DNA of 63,997 nt, filler included, from Stramenopiles sp. TOSAG23-6 (Eukaryota): the NCBI GenBank assembly GCA_900128565.1. It is 13 parts of 13 records of this genome, joined end to end, with 100 filler letters (N's around TTAATTAATTAA, not from the genome) between each part and the next. Parts side by side here need not be neighbours in the genome. Positions count along the whole stretch, not along the records: positions 29,745 to 34,588 come from LT637037.1; positions 34,689 to 39,532 come from LT637038.1; positions 39,633 to 44,474 come from LT637039.1; positions 44,575 to 49,415 come from LT637040.1; 9 more parts are not named here. One strand, given 5' to 3'. Position 1 is the stretch's first letter; each line of letters starts with the position of its first letter. Under the pieces are notes generated by a model. That model ran no database searches. It saw nothing but the letters and a program-made list of their open reading frames with translations, and was not told the DNA's origin. The translations under genes were made by a program, and so were the position numbers. Shown one piece after another: positions 33,437-45,294 of the stretch.

Positions 33437-33979
33437 TTATATTGTATCGATAGAAATGCTCTCAAGAAAAGGAATGCCTTTCTCTTTTTTCGTCAAATTT
33501 CTGATGTACCCTTTCGCTCCAAGAATTAGATCTTCTTGGTTTTGCATTTTTATATGATCTGATTTTGTTTCATGATCAAAGCCAAGAAGGTGACAAATTC
33601 CATGTGCAAATAAAACAGGCATGTGATCTTCTAGTTCTAAATATGTGCTCTGCTCTTTACAGTATGTTTCGGCGTAGGGGATAGAAATAATTAAGTCGCC
33701 AAGTCCTCGATCTGACTCTCGTAAAGTGTTCAAAGGGGGTAGTCGACCAGGTGTACGTAGGTAAGAATGGCGGGGGAATGAAAGAATATCAGTTGCTCGA
33801 GGTATTCCTCTGTGTTCTTCATTGATATTGCGCATCGTTTCATTGTCTGTAAGCCATAGAGAAACTCCCCAGTCTTTTAGTTCTAGAAACTCTAACATAC
33901 TACGTAATCTTGAGTGACACCAATTTGTATTGACTGGAACCACAAGTTGAGTGCTTCGAACACGAATCAACGGTGACAT
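33437..33979 (-). CDS. YBEY: Endoribonuclease YbeY
   Basis: TDILSFP, LGDLIIS, HGICHLLGFDH. Confidence 0.92.
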   Translation of the reverse strand: MSPLIRVRSTQLVVPVNTNWCHSRLRSMLEFLELKDWGVSLWLTDNETMRNINEEHRGIPRATDILSFPRHSYLRTPGRLPPLNTLRESDRGLGDLIISIPYAETYCKEQSTYLELEDHMPVLFAHGICHLLGFDHETKSDHIKMQNQEDLILGAKGYIRNLTKKEKGIPFLESISIDTI

Positions 33980-34555
33980 TTATATAACTACTTGGGTTAG
34001 AAACTTTTGTGTGTGTAATGTATCTACTGCGTCAAATAAATGTGCAGCTTTTTTTTATTATCAATTTCTTTGGATTCTTAATGGTGTATCTGGTGCATAT
34101 GTAGGAGGAGTATAGGTAATACACTACTCCACCTGGACTAGCTTGTATGACAACTCTCAATTCCTCGCGGATTTCGTGTTAGTTTGTACAGGCTCTTCGA
34201 CTCGGTCCAAACAATATAACAAAGAGGTTGAAGATGTATAAGATGTGAATACTTGGACAACGCTTGTTGGACAAGGTCCTATTGAAAAATAAGCTTTTAT
34301 TATTATGATAAACAATAGATGAAGAGTATCGACTGTGACTATCGTCGTGTCTGTTATGACCAGTTGATCGCATTCAATGATTGGTCAAAATTCATTATGT
34401 ATTTTGTCCAAGGTTTCGTGTTATTCTTACTGCCGCTACACTGCCCACGAGTTTATTTCATATTTACTAAAATATGAGATGAAATCCAATACTAAGAATA
34501 TTTATGAGCATTAAATGTAATATATTGCTTATACATATCGGCGTTTAGAATAATT

Positions 34556-34588
<33 letters not shown>

Positions 34589-34725
34589 NNNNNNNNNNNN
34601 NNNNNNNNNNNNNNNNNNNNNNNNNNNNNNNNTTAATTAATTAANNNNNNNNNNNNNNNNNNNNNNNNNNNNNNNNNNNNNNNNNNNNTTTTTGAAAAAA
34701 ATTTTTTTTTAAAATTTTTTTTTGG

Positions 34726-34766
<41 letters not shown>

Positions 34767-34836
34767 CGTAAAAAAACTTTTACAATTTTTTTTTTTTTTT
34801 TTTCGTAAAAAAAAAAAATCAAATTTGAAAACGTAC

Positions 34837-35906
34837 TTAATATATACGAATGCTCTATTAAACGCTCCATTATAAAAGAGACATAGCACAAAAATTGTTG
34901 AGACATTATTAGCAAGATATGTGGGCACATTTCATTTTTTTGAGCTTTGAGATCTTCCGAGATGTTTGTATTGTGAAAAAATATTTTTTTTTTAATTCGT
35001 TAGGTACAAAATTTACTATGAAAAAAAAATGGTATGTAAAAATGCACGATTTGAAAACTTACATTTACCAACATATTTAATCAACGAATTTAAAACTATA
35101 AAATTATGTGGTTTTGATAATAATTCGCCGATATGGCCGATACGATATCCAAGAACATGTATAAATGATAGACAGACAAACACAAATTTAATTTGAACGG
35201 AAATTTTCTTCTCAGAGCATTTGGAATTGTTAGGATTACTAGGGTTGGGGCTCCCGATACATTTGAGTTCACTAAATACTTCAAATAGCTGGTGTAAAAG
35301 TAATGGACCAGTTTCATCTGGTATATGAGGGCATAACATCACGTGTACAATAAATGGAACTAATATTCGAAATATCATCGCGTGTTGCTTCGTCTCATTG
35401 AACAAAAGATGCACATCAGATAGAATGTTAGCTGATGTTGATGGACAGACACGAATCAGCGAAATAAAGGGATGTATATTTTCAGTAATGGAGTACTGTG
35501 GAAGTGACTGGTTATTATCATACGCTGTTTCAACTTCGCATATAAGTAGTTGACGAATTGCAGCTGAAACATGACAAGACGACATGCCTGGTTCAATCTT
35601 GGTGGCTGCATCTAAAAGAGAAGTGTAACACTGTAACGCTGAAAGCACGCCCATCTCGTAAAGCTGTATTAACCCAAAACATGCTGCGTGTGCAACAATT
35701 GGAACCTCATAGAATGATGCGCAAAATTCACAGAGAAGCTTAAAATATGCGGATTTCATTGTGATCGTCTGTGGTGTCTGTGGTAACTTTGAGCTTTCAT
35801 ATATTAACTTTAGCAATTGACGAACTGATTCACGCTGGATATTTCTTTGAACAGTCCGTGAACGCACACGAAGGAGACTAATAATTTTATCATAATCCTT
35901 TTTCAT
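34837..35906 (-). CDS. HEAT/ARM-like protein N-terminus (possibly focadhesin-like); intron about 34966-35062
   Basis: Helical 280-aa exon with HPFISLI; the frame continues after a family intron. Confidence 0.5.
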
Positions 35907-36218
35907 TATTTCAAAGAGATGTTGCAGTCCTTTCTAATATTTCTAATTCTTTGGGATGAATATTTATAATAGTATGAGCCAGAAGGACTGTCGTAAATAC
36001 CTGTAGCTGTTCGTACAAAAGGTACGAGTCACTCTACGACTAGTCAAATCAAATCTGTTGACATCATTATTGACAATTCACATTAAGCGTCACAATTTTT
36101 CAGATTTTCGTGTGTGAAAAACGGCGCAACATCGGCGCACAACATCGGCGCGGCGCGACAGACTGTCATTTTTTTACTTAGACGCCATTTTCCTTTTTTC
36201 TTGAAAATTGAATCAACA

Positions 36219-37427
36219 ATGTCTTATCTGGAAAGTATTGGATTATATCAACGGAAGGATGGATCCTTTTACGAGAATGGTTGTGCTGTACCATTTGTTA
36301 TTCGTGCTCAAATTGTAGATTTGCTGTTTAAAAGTAGGATTGAAAAGCAAGAGAAAAACTTTAACAGTGTTCACTACATTGAGAATGAAGAATTCTATAT
36401 TAGAGACAAATTTCATGTATGCCGCAAAACATACACAAAGTACTTTGATGCGTTTCTTACAATATTTTCAGACGCTTCAAAGTATTTCAATATTAGAAAT
36501 AAGGATGAATTTTTGAGAGTATACGCTTTAAGCATAGATTCACTACGACCTGACGACAAGAGAGAAAGATCACTACGAAGTGAAGTTATAGATGTTGTGT
36601 TGAGGGATATAGTAGAAAGAGATAGAAGTGGTTTAATTAGAGAATATCAAAATGATCTTGGTGAAGCAACTGGTGTATGGCTTTGTGAATCTGCAATCTG
36701 TGTAAGGCTTAAGAAGTTGGGATTAACTAGAAAAAAACTATATAAAAACTTTGCTGAGAGATTAACTGAAGAGATTCTAGAAGACTTAGAGAGATATGGT
36801 CAGGTTTTAAACGCGATAGACCACAAGAGAATACATTACTTTGATGAATCTGGTTTCTGTGGTCAGCTTATAGGGAGGACATATGCTCGAAATGATCCGG
36901 GTAGAAATACAACCAGTGATACAGTTAATCCCAGTCGAACTCATTATACATTAATGGGTGTTACTTCAATACGGAAATCAAAACCTGCTTTGCTATGGAA
37001 GACAATGAAAGGTGGTGCCAAGCGAAGTGATATGCTCAAATTCCTATGCTCTAAAAGGGTTCTTTCTAGTTTCAAACGTGGAGATGTCCTTGTTTTAGAT
37101 AATTGCCGTACACACAAATTTCAAGGGCAGGAGGCCCTTGAAGAAGTATATGGTTTAATTGGGTGCCATGTTTTCTTTTTACCTGCATATCATCCGATGT
37201 GTAATGGGATTGAATATCTTTTTGGGTGGTTAAAGAAAATACTCCGCCGTGTCGACACATTCACTAGAGATGACGAATCTCTACTTACCTATGTTGAATA
37301 CTATTTGCGAAAAGTAAATACAAAATTAATTAAATCATTTTACAAACTTGCTGACAAAAAATTGAAAAAAGAAATGAACCTACTAGATACCAGATTGGAG
37401 GCTATTAGGAATGTACAAAATGAATAA
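36219..37427 (+). CDS. DDE transposase (DD37E) with paired-domain-like N-terminus
   Basis: YFDESG, VLDNCRTH, FLPAYHPMCNGIE; 37 residues lie between the second D and E. Confidence 0.92.
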   Translation: MSYLESIGLYQRKDGSFYENGCAVPFVIRAQIVDLLFKSRIEKQEKNFNSVHYIENEEFYIRDKFHVCRKTYTKYFDAFLTIFSDASKYFNIRNKDEFLRVYALSIDSLRPDDKRERSLRSEVIDVVLRDIVERDRSGLIREYQNDLGEATGVWLCESAICVRLKKLGLTRKKLYKNFAERLTEEILEDLERYGQVLNAIDHKRIHYFDESGFCGQLIGRTYARNDPGRNTTSDTVNPSRTHYTLMGVTSIRKSKPALLWKTMKGGAKRSDMLKFLCSKRVLSSFKRGDVLVLDNCRTHKFQGQEALEEVYGLIGCHVFFLPAYHPMCNGIEYLFGWLKKILRRVDTFTRDDESLLTYVEYYLRKVNTKLIKSFYKLADKKLKKEMNLLDTRLEAIRNVQNE

Positions 37428-37464
37428 AAATAAATGAAAGAATATGGATAAATTTATTTTAAAA

Positions 37465-39378
37465 TTAATTTTCTGAATTTGCTTTGTCCATTTCTTTTCT
37501 CAGGAGCTCCACTTGCTTTTCCAAATCCTCCTTTTGATTTTGCAAATCCTTTATTTTTTTTTGATTTTTACCCCCCTTTTTTGTTTCATTTGTTTTAGAT
37601 ATATCAATGTGTGTTATAGCAGCTTTAGCTGCTTCATTTATTTTCTCTTTGTTTTTCTCTGATTCATCTTCACTAGACAATTCCGATTCATCTTCACTAG
37701 ACGATTCCGTTTCATCTTCACTAGACGATTCCAATTTACGCTTTTTACGACGCTTTTTACGACGCTTTTTACGACGCTTTTTATTACACTTTTTATGATG
37801 CTTTTTATGATGCTTTTTACGTAAAATTTTTAATAATTTCTTTTGTTCTTTGTCGCTGATATCCTTTTTACGGTTTTTACGTAAAATTTTTAATAATTTC
37901 TTTTGTTCTTTGTAGCTGATACCATCGGAATCGGACGACGTATCAGAATCGGACGTATCAGAATTGGACGTATCAGAATTGGATGAGCCATTTGACTCTT
38001 CATTTGACTCTTCATTTGACTCTTCACAATATTTTGTTTTTTGATTTTTGGTTGGTCTTTTTCGTTTTCCTTTTTTTGTTTTTTTTGGTGTTTCTTCTAA
38101 GTGTTCTATTAAACGATGTTTTGTTTTTTTGGTAGTCGACATTGTTGACAAAATTGCTGCACGTGTTTGGTCTTTTTTTAGTTGGTTTTCTCTTCTTTTT
38201 TTTTCTTTTTTTGTTTCCAAATTATTTTCATCTCGAAGTTGTTTGTTTTTTTTCGCTGTTTCTATATCCGACTTCTCTAACATTGATTGCTGATGCTTTT
38301 CTTTTCTATTTGCAATTTCCTGATCATGTTTTTTCTGTTCAAATGCTAGCTTTTTCTCTTCAAATGCTAGCTTTGCATTCTCTTTGTCCAGGTCAAATGT
38401 TGCTGCTTTTGATGTAGCATTTCTTTTCTGTTTTTTGGTTGTTTTTGGAGTAAGACCAATTACAATATATCTCCTTACGAAGCCACTTTGACGTAAAAGC
38501 TCTTGATAATCTAATTCTCGCCAGCTTCTTGGACTGCTAACTGCAGACTTCCTGGTCCGAAGCATAAAGAAGTCAGAACGTTTGTTATCCTTGAATTGCT
38601 TTGAGTATTCTCTTATTGCATCATTAACTTGGTCTGTAAAATCACCCAACTTTCGACTACCGTTCAGAAAACCAGTTGCATACGCTACGCAACACAATTC
38701 TGATCTGATTCTTCCAGAAAAAAATAATATAGAGTCACCGTGGTATTTCTCATCTCGATCGAAAGGTGGTGGTTCCACATGTACTAAATCGTTGAAGTTA
38801 ACAAGACCTTTGGACAGAAAATTTTCTCCATTGTTTGAATCTTCATTTGGAGTTTGTGAACTTTGTGATTCCTTATTGATGTATTCATTAATGCTTTTCT
38901 CAAGCATCTCTTTTATATAAGTAGTGTTGTTTGTGTATATGGCTTGACGAGTAAGATGTTGATGCGAGGCACAGTATGGTAGACCGCCTGAATCAACTGA
39001 TATATCATTTTCTAAAGTATTGAAAGAATTGCCAAAAGAAAGAGAATTGTCAGTGTTTGAGCACTCTTTTCTGAATAAATTGGCAATATCCTTTTCAAAA
39101 TTAGCATCTCCATTGGAAGCACTAGTTGAAACAAATGAATCAGAACTCAAAGGAGGAAGGTTACCAGGACTGTAACCAGGATTGTAACCAATACGAGTGG
39201 AAGGGTTGCCTGAAGAACCCATGAGTAACCGTGGATTTCTTACCCTTTGAAAAGGTGTTTCAGGCATATTTTGTAGTCCTTGTGTACCACTTTGGCCAGA
39301 AGTGAGAAGATTTGTTGGAATAATCAAATTATTATCATTAAATGGCGGAAAGGAATCTACATCAAGTAACGAAGACAT
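37465..39378 (-). CDS. Unknown K/E/S-rich low-complexity protein (candidate transposon ORF2)
   Basis: 637-aa intronless ORF with short tandem repeats and basic tracts. Confidence 0.7.
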   Translation of the reverse strand: MSSLLDVDSFPPFNDNNLIIPTNLLTSGQSGTQGLQNMPETPFQRVRNPRLLMGSSGNPSTRIGYNPGYSPGNLPPLSSDSFVSTSASNGDANFEKDIANLFRKECSNTDNSLSFGNSFNTLENDISVDSGGLPYCASHQHLTRQAIYTNNTTYIKEMLEKSINEYINKESQSSQTPNEDSNNGENFLSKGLVNFNDLVHVEPPPFDRDEKYHGDSILFFSGRIRSELCCVAYATGFLNGSRKLGDFTDQVNDAIREYSKQFKDNKRSDFFMLRTRKSAVSSPRSWRELDYQELLRQSGFVRRYIVIGLTPKTTKKQKRNATSKAATFDLDKENAKLAFEEKKLAFEQKKHDQEIANRKEKHQQSMLEKSDIETAKKNKQLRDENNLETKKEKKRRENQLKKDQTRAAILSTMSTTKKTKHRLIEHLEETPKKTKKGKRKRPTKNQKTKYCEESNEESNEESNGSSNSDTSNSDTSDSDTSSDSDGISYKEQKKLLKILRKNRKKDISDKEQKKLLKILRKKHHKKHHKKCNKKRRKKRRKKRRKKRKLESSSEDETESSSEDESELSSEDESEKNKEKINEAAKAAITHIDISKTNETKKGGKNQKKIKDLQNQKEDLEKQVELLRKEMDKANSEN

Positions 39379-39494
39379 GATATGAATGCGCTACGTAGTT
39401 CTCGAGATTAATATTACCTTTTATAGACGTAATAGTTTTGACAGCGCTGTCACCGCCGAAGATCTGCGCCGAATTGTCCGCCGAATTTGCACCG

Positions 39495-39532
<38 letters not shown>

Positions 39533-39632
39533 NNNNNNNNNNNNNNNNNNNNNNNNNNNNNNNNNNNNNNNNNNNNTTAATTAATTAANNNNNNNNNNNN
39601 NNNNNNNNNNNNNNNNNNNNNNNNNNNNNNNN

Positions 39633-39727
39633 CCCTGACGGACAGCCTGCATTGCATACTCGACCTGGAATAATCGACCATTTGGTGACCACGTTGTCAC
39701 GTCAGTGTCATAGTGATTACGATGCAT
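39633..39727 (-). CDS. PSMA1: 20S proteasome alpha subunit (PSMA1 type), 5' fragment
   Basis: Manual translation [32 protein letters not shown]. Confidence 0.9.
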
Positions 39728-40162
39728 CCTACTAGCTTATATATTAATGTATTTCTGTGTATTTTCTAAAAAAATGATCTCCTCGCAGTGTGTGGGGGAG
39801 TAAGAGGACGAAGAAGAAGACGACTTTCTTCTTTTCAATCAATGACACGGTGTGAGAAAAATGACATTAGGGTTAGGGTTAGACAACAACTTCGGAATTC
39901 GTGTTTTTGAGATACGCGGCAATTGCTTTGACTTTGTGGCATCAAAAAAATTCAAAAGAATAATATTCTTGGAAAAAGAAAATAGAAAGAAAGAACTGTG
40001 TAAAAAGAAAGACTGTAATTAGAGGGGAAATTAGTTCATATATTCTTTCATCCCTCAACTTCTAGTATCAAAGTATACGTCATACTACTGTTGTTCAGTT
40101 GGCGCTCATTATTTAATATCGGTTAAGCTTTGATTCATTGATTTTATTCCTATTCAATAACA

Positions 40163-43100
40163 ATGAAGACAGAAAACATTACCGTGTCTGTTCGTTTTCG
40201 TCCCATGAATGAGCGGGAGTTGAATAAAAATGCAAAGACGTCGTGGGGTTGGTATGTTTTATTTCCACATTAAAGTATTTGCGTGTTGCATTATGTACTG
40301 GTTTGTGTTTCTATCGAGTCAAGCTGTGAAAATACTTTCTAACATCAATTTGTATTCATTTGTATTATTTTTTTGTCCTCCTATTTTACACTACACAGTA
40401 TGACAGAGCATAAAAGTGTGTGTCGCAAAGATAAAGATGGTAAATTAGATACATCAATGGCATTTTCATATGATCATGTATTTAATGGTGATGATGGGAC
40501 AAGTCATGTATACAATCAAGTGGCAAAACCGATTGTTCAACAATTCTTGGCTGGCATCAATGGAACAATTTTTGCTTATGGTCAAACCTCAAGTGGAAAG
40601 ACATATACAATGCAGGGTGATGGTACAGTAAAAGGTTGTGGAATTCTACAAAACAGTGTTACTGAGCTATTTGAATGTATCAAGCAAAATCAAAAACGTC
40701 AATATATTATTCATGTCTCATATATTGAAATATATAATGAAAATATTAGAGATCTTCTACGAAGCGACGGACCAATGTGTAAAGTACGTGAAGATAGAGA
40801 TCGCGGTATATATGTTGAATCATGTGATTTATTAGTACTTAATGCTTCTGATGTGTTATCTCTATTATCTCGTGGTGAAAGAAATCGACACGTGGCATCA
40901 ACTGCAATGAATGATACATCGAGTCGGTCACATACTATTTTTAAAATGTCTCTGGAATCTCAAGAATTAGAAATTAATTCAGAGACTGGAGAGTCAACTA
41001 CAATAGGTCCCGTGCTACAAAGTTCTCTAAGTCTTGTCGATTTAGCAGGATCAGAAAATGCAAAAAACACGCGCGCTAGTGGAACTCGACTTCGAGAAGG
41101 TGGAAATATTAATAAATCATTACTTTCATTATCTCGTGTAATGTGTCAAATATCAGATGGACATNCTCATGTACGTTTTTATTAGACATTTCAAATGTAT
41201 CATATCATGTAAATGTATTTTTTTTACAAAGAAAATTTTGTAGCTAACGAATTTCATACTTGAAAGATATTTTTTCACAAAACATCCAAGTTTCAGAGAT
41301 TCAAAATTAACTTGGATACTAAAACCATCTTTAGCTGGTAATTGCCGAACTGCATTAATTGCATGTGCAACTTTAGCTGATCAATTTGTAGAAGAAACTC
41401 AATCAACGTTAAAATTTGCAAGTCGTGCTAAAAACATTAAAACAAGTGTTGCAGTGAATATGTATGTTTTATTTTTTTTTTTCAAATTCGATTTTTTTTC
41501 GTACGAAGTTTCGTACCTAACGATTTTTTTAGATTTTTTTTTAATATTTTTCCAAAATACATGATTTTAGATGATAAAGCAAGAATGAATCAATTGAATA
41601 AAGAAGTGAAGCACTTACGTGCAAAACTACGTGTTTTTGAAGAAGGAAATTCAAACTTCAAAAAGAGATTAAGTGGTGGCAGTACAAAAGGATTGATGAG
41701 ATTTGATGATGATGATGAAATGACGCATAATCAAAAATTACAAACACAATTACATTGTTCTGAGAATGAAAAGTTGAAGCTTGAGCAAAAAGTAAATGAT
41801 CTAAAAAATATGATTGTTAAAAATGGGTTTTTATCTCGTACTAAACATTCACAAAATGGAGGCATGAAACGATCTGGAGAGTGGATGGCACCTTTAAGTG
41901 TTGAAAAATTGCGAGGAGCGAACAAAAGGCGTAAGAAAATTCGTGGCACTTGTATGATTTATTTTCATCATTTTAATTTTAAATGTATTCTTCAAATGTA
42001 TTTTTTTGTATCATGTCTAACAAATTTCAAATTTGATATACTTTTTAACAATATCTGGTATAATTTATCTGATAATTTTAATTGGCGAGATGACATTGTT
42101 GGTGGTGATAAAGATGAATTTAAGAGAATTAAAGCATCTCATTCACAAGACACGAAATCAATGTTGGATGGAAAGTTTGCTAAATTAGCTAATGGTTGTG
42201 ATGAGAATGAAAATGTTGTAAATACTAAAAAATCCGAAATTCCAAAAGTAAAAAGAAGCGTAAGTTTTGACGTTAATTTTGAAAATGATAATTGTAAAAC
42301 ACCAACACAAAAAAAAACACCAGTGTCTCGTTTTTTTAGTGTACATGCAGCATTAACACCAAGTGCAGATACACCACGTAAAGCAGCTTTAAAACAAGCT
42401 CTTGTTAATATGTACGTTTTCATCATGAATTTCAATGCAAATGTTTTGTTTCCATTTTTTTTTTATTGTTGAAAATTTTATATCTAGGAATTTTTGTAAC
42501 GTTTTCTTTTATGATCTATTTTTCACAATACATGGAAGAGAAATTAGAAATTGCAGATGCCAAGTCTGTAGAATCGAGCAAAATCGTTGAAGATATGAAA
42601 ACAAAATTAAACGAAATTCAAGAAAAGGCTGAAATGGCTGAAACGCAAAAAAAAGATTTAGAGAAAGCAAATGCTGAATTGAATGCTGCTGAATTAGAAG
42701 TAGAGAGAGCACGTATGTTTTGTGTATCCCTATTTTGAAAAATATTTTTCAAATTTCAAATGTATCTATTTTTCAAATTTACAATTTCTGATGTCTCCTA
42801 CATTTCTAATATATTATTTTTTCTAATACATTTCAAATTTATGTATATATATATCCCCGAAACTATAGTAATGAGAGCTGAAGATTTGAGTGGAAATTTG
42901 TTGGAAATTCATCAAGCAAAACAACTTGAAGAAGAAATTGAACAACATGAAAATGAAATTCAAAGACATGAAGATGAAAAAAGGTTGGTTGAAATGGATC
43001 AATATCGCAAAAGATTAGCACAAATGGAAGAAGAAAAAACTAATTTAAATGAAAAAAACTGCGAAAATGAAAAAAATTTTGATAAGATAAATTTGAAATT

Positions 43101-44474
43101 GGAATCATTGACACATCAACATGATGAAGTAAAAGCAGAACACGAAAAAACAAAAAAAGCATTGAATACAAAAATGTCTGAAGAAGCAAAACTTCGTCAA
43201 AAATTGGAAGAAGCTCAAGAAAAATTGTCCATTACACAATTAGCATTACACGATAAGCCTCAAAAATCAATTCAAATACAACAATTTGATGAAAAGATAC
43301 AANGTTTAGAAGCACAATTNCAATCTTTNACTNATGAACGTGATTGTGTAACTCAAAAATGCAAGGATACTTCGTTATTGCTTGAAGAAGCGGTTGTAAC
43401 AAGTGATAAATATCAAATGCAAACGAATGAAAAAGATCTTGAAATACAACAATTTGAAGAAAAGATACAAAGTTTAGAAGTGCAATTACAATCTTTAACG
43501 TATGAAAGGAGTATTATGCATGAAAAGCTTGAGTCGTCTAATAACGATATGCATTTATTAATGTCACAATTAAATGAAATCACAAAACAGAAAGATATGG
43601 CTGAAGCTTCATTGTTACAATATCAGAAAGAAAAGGAAGAAATGTCAAAAAAAGAATCGGAAAAAAATAATGTCATTGATGAAGGTGTTCAATGTAATTC
43701 TCTTTCTCTAAATGTCATTGATGAAACAATTGTAGTACAAAGTGAAATGTATAAAAATCTACAGCTTGAAAAAAATGATTTATTAAAAACAAATACTGAA
43801 TTGATTGAAATAAATTCTCAAATTGAGTTAGAAAAAAGTGAACTGTGTTCTCAAAATGCATTATTATTGGATAAAGCATCTGTGCATCAAGATGAGATCA
43901 TTACTGCTGGTCAAATGTTAGTAGAAAGTGAAAAAACAATTGAACAGTCAAAGGCCGAATGTTTCAATTTAGAACAGAAAATTCACGAAATGGAAGAATT
44001 ATTGGAACAAGCAAATAACACAAAATCCGATGTTAAAGTGGGATCTGATAAATCAACTGAAACTACAGATTTTGATCAAAGCAATACAACAGATAAAAAA
44101 TACGATGAATTACAAAATTTACACAATAAATGTAGTGAAGATTTGGCAGAAAAAACGAAACAGTATGATGAATTATTCGCAACACATGAAAATGCATGTA
44201 CCGAATTTAATACAAAATCAACTGAATTTGATTATGAACGAGAACATTTATTAGAAGAGTTGGCAAATTCACAAATCGAAATGACAAAAACGAAAGAAGA
44301 AAATGATCTTATTCAAAATGAGATTTCGTGCTTGCGTGAATCTTTGGAAAAGTCGGAAAAACTTTATGACGAACAAAAGAAAGAATATCAAAAACTTTAT
44401 GACGAACAAAAGAAAGAATATCAAAAACTAATTGAAGAAAATGCTGCATTAGAAAATGCTTCTGATAGTGAACG
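40163..44474 (+). CDS. CENPE: Kinesin-7/CENP-E-like, 3'-truncated. Introns 40252-40398 (AG), 41171-41285 (AT), 41462-41562 (AT), 41952-42056 (CT), 42412-42533 (AT), 42713-42868 (AG)
   Basis: VSVRFRP, GQTSSGKT, SSRSH, VDLAGSE, FRDSKLT; long coiled coil. Confidence 0.85.
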
Positions 44475-44715
44475 NNNNNNNNNNNNNNNNNNNNNNNNNN
44501 NNNNNNNNNNNNNNNNNNTTAATTAATTAANNNNNNNNNNNNNNNNNNNNNNNNNNNNNNNNNNNNNNNNNNNNAAAAAAACAAAAAAAACAAAAACTTT
44601 TTATGTATTTTTTTTTCATCATGACATTTTTTTTTTTTTTTTTTTTTTCATACGAAATTTCATACCTAACAAATTTTTTTTAGATTTTTTTTCGAAATAT
44701 TTTTTCACAATATAT

Positions 44716-44841
44716 AATAATAAAAGTGTTATTACACTATATTCAAAATGGGATTCACACGAAATGGTACGAATTATTGGTAGAAAGAGAGCAAAACATA
44801 TGCTGCACTCAAAAGCAAAAGATGCGTTTTTGTTTTGTTGA
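44716..44841 (+). CDS. Small last exon missed by the ORF track (NNKSVITLYSKWDSHEMVRIIGRKRAKHML...FC)
   Basis: Follows the family acceptor CACAATATAT; open frame to TGA. Confidence 0.45.
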   Translation, partial: NNKSVITLYSKWDSHEMVRIIGRKRAKHMLHSKAKDAFLFC

Positions 44842-45294
44842 TTTTAAAATTTCTTAGGTACAAAATTTCCTATGAAAAATAAATTCGATTTTTTTGTTTA
44901 AAAAAAAAATTTTACAATTTTGTTTTATATAATAATATATGATTTGTTAACATAGTATTTAATAAAAACTAAAAATAAAAATTTTACATTTTTGTTTTTT
45001 ATTTACAAATTGTTTTTGATAAAACAATGAATGAATTTTTTTTTTTCAATTTTGATTTTGTTTTCGTACGGAATTTTGTACCTAATGGGTTTTTTTTGAA
45101 ATATTTTCCAAAATACATAATAAAGAATGAATGATTCATTATATATATAATTATTTTCATTTACCAATTTTGATATTGAATGGTGTTATTTTGGGTTGCG
45201 GTTTTAAATTTTTTGATTTCGCTTCTTTTTTTGATTCTTCTTCTTTAATTTTTATATTGTTTTTTTATTTTTCCCAATTTTCGTATTGAATCTA

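Larger units (their letters stand above)
36122..39494. mobile_element. Putative two-ORF Tc1/IS630-superfamily DNA transposon
   Basis: Imperfect inverted ends (CGGCGCAA.../...TTGCACCG) with repeated TCGGCG units enclosing a transposase and a convergent ORF. Confidence 0.6.

Noticed and set aside
34179-34373. Short ORF upstream of YbeY as an N-terminal extension
   Set aside because: An in-frame TAA immediately precedes the YbeY ATG, and I see no family intron linking the two.
39633-39720. GC-richer segment as a possible snRNA
   Set aside because: The reverse strand translates to a proteasome alpha-subunit N-terminus.
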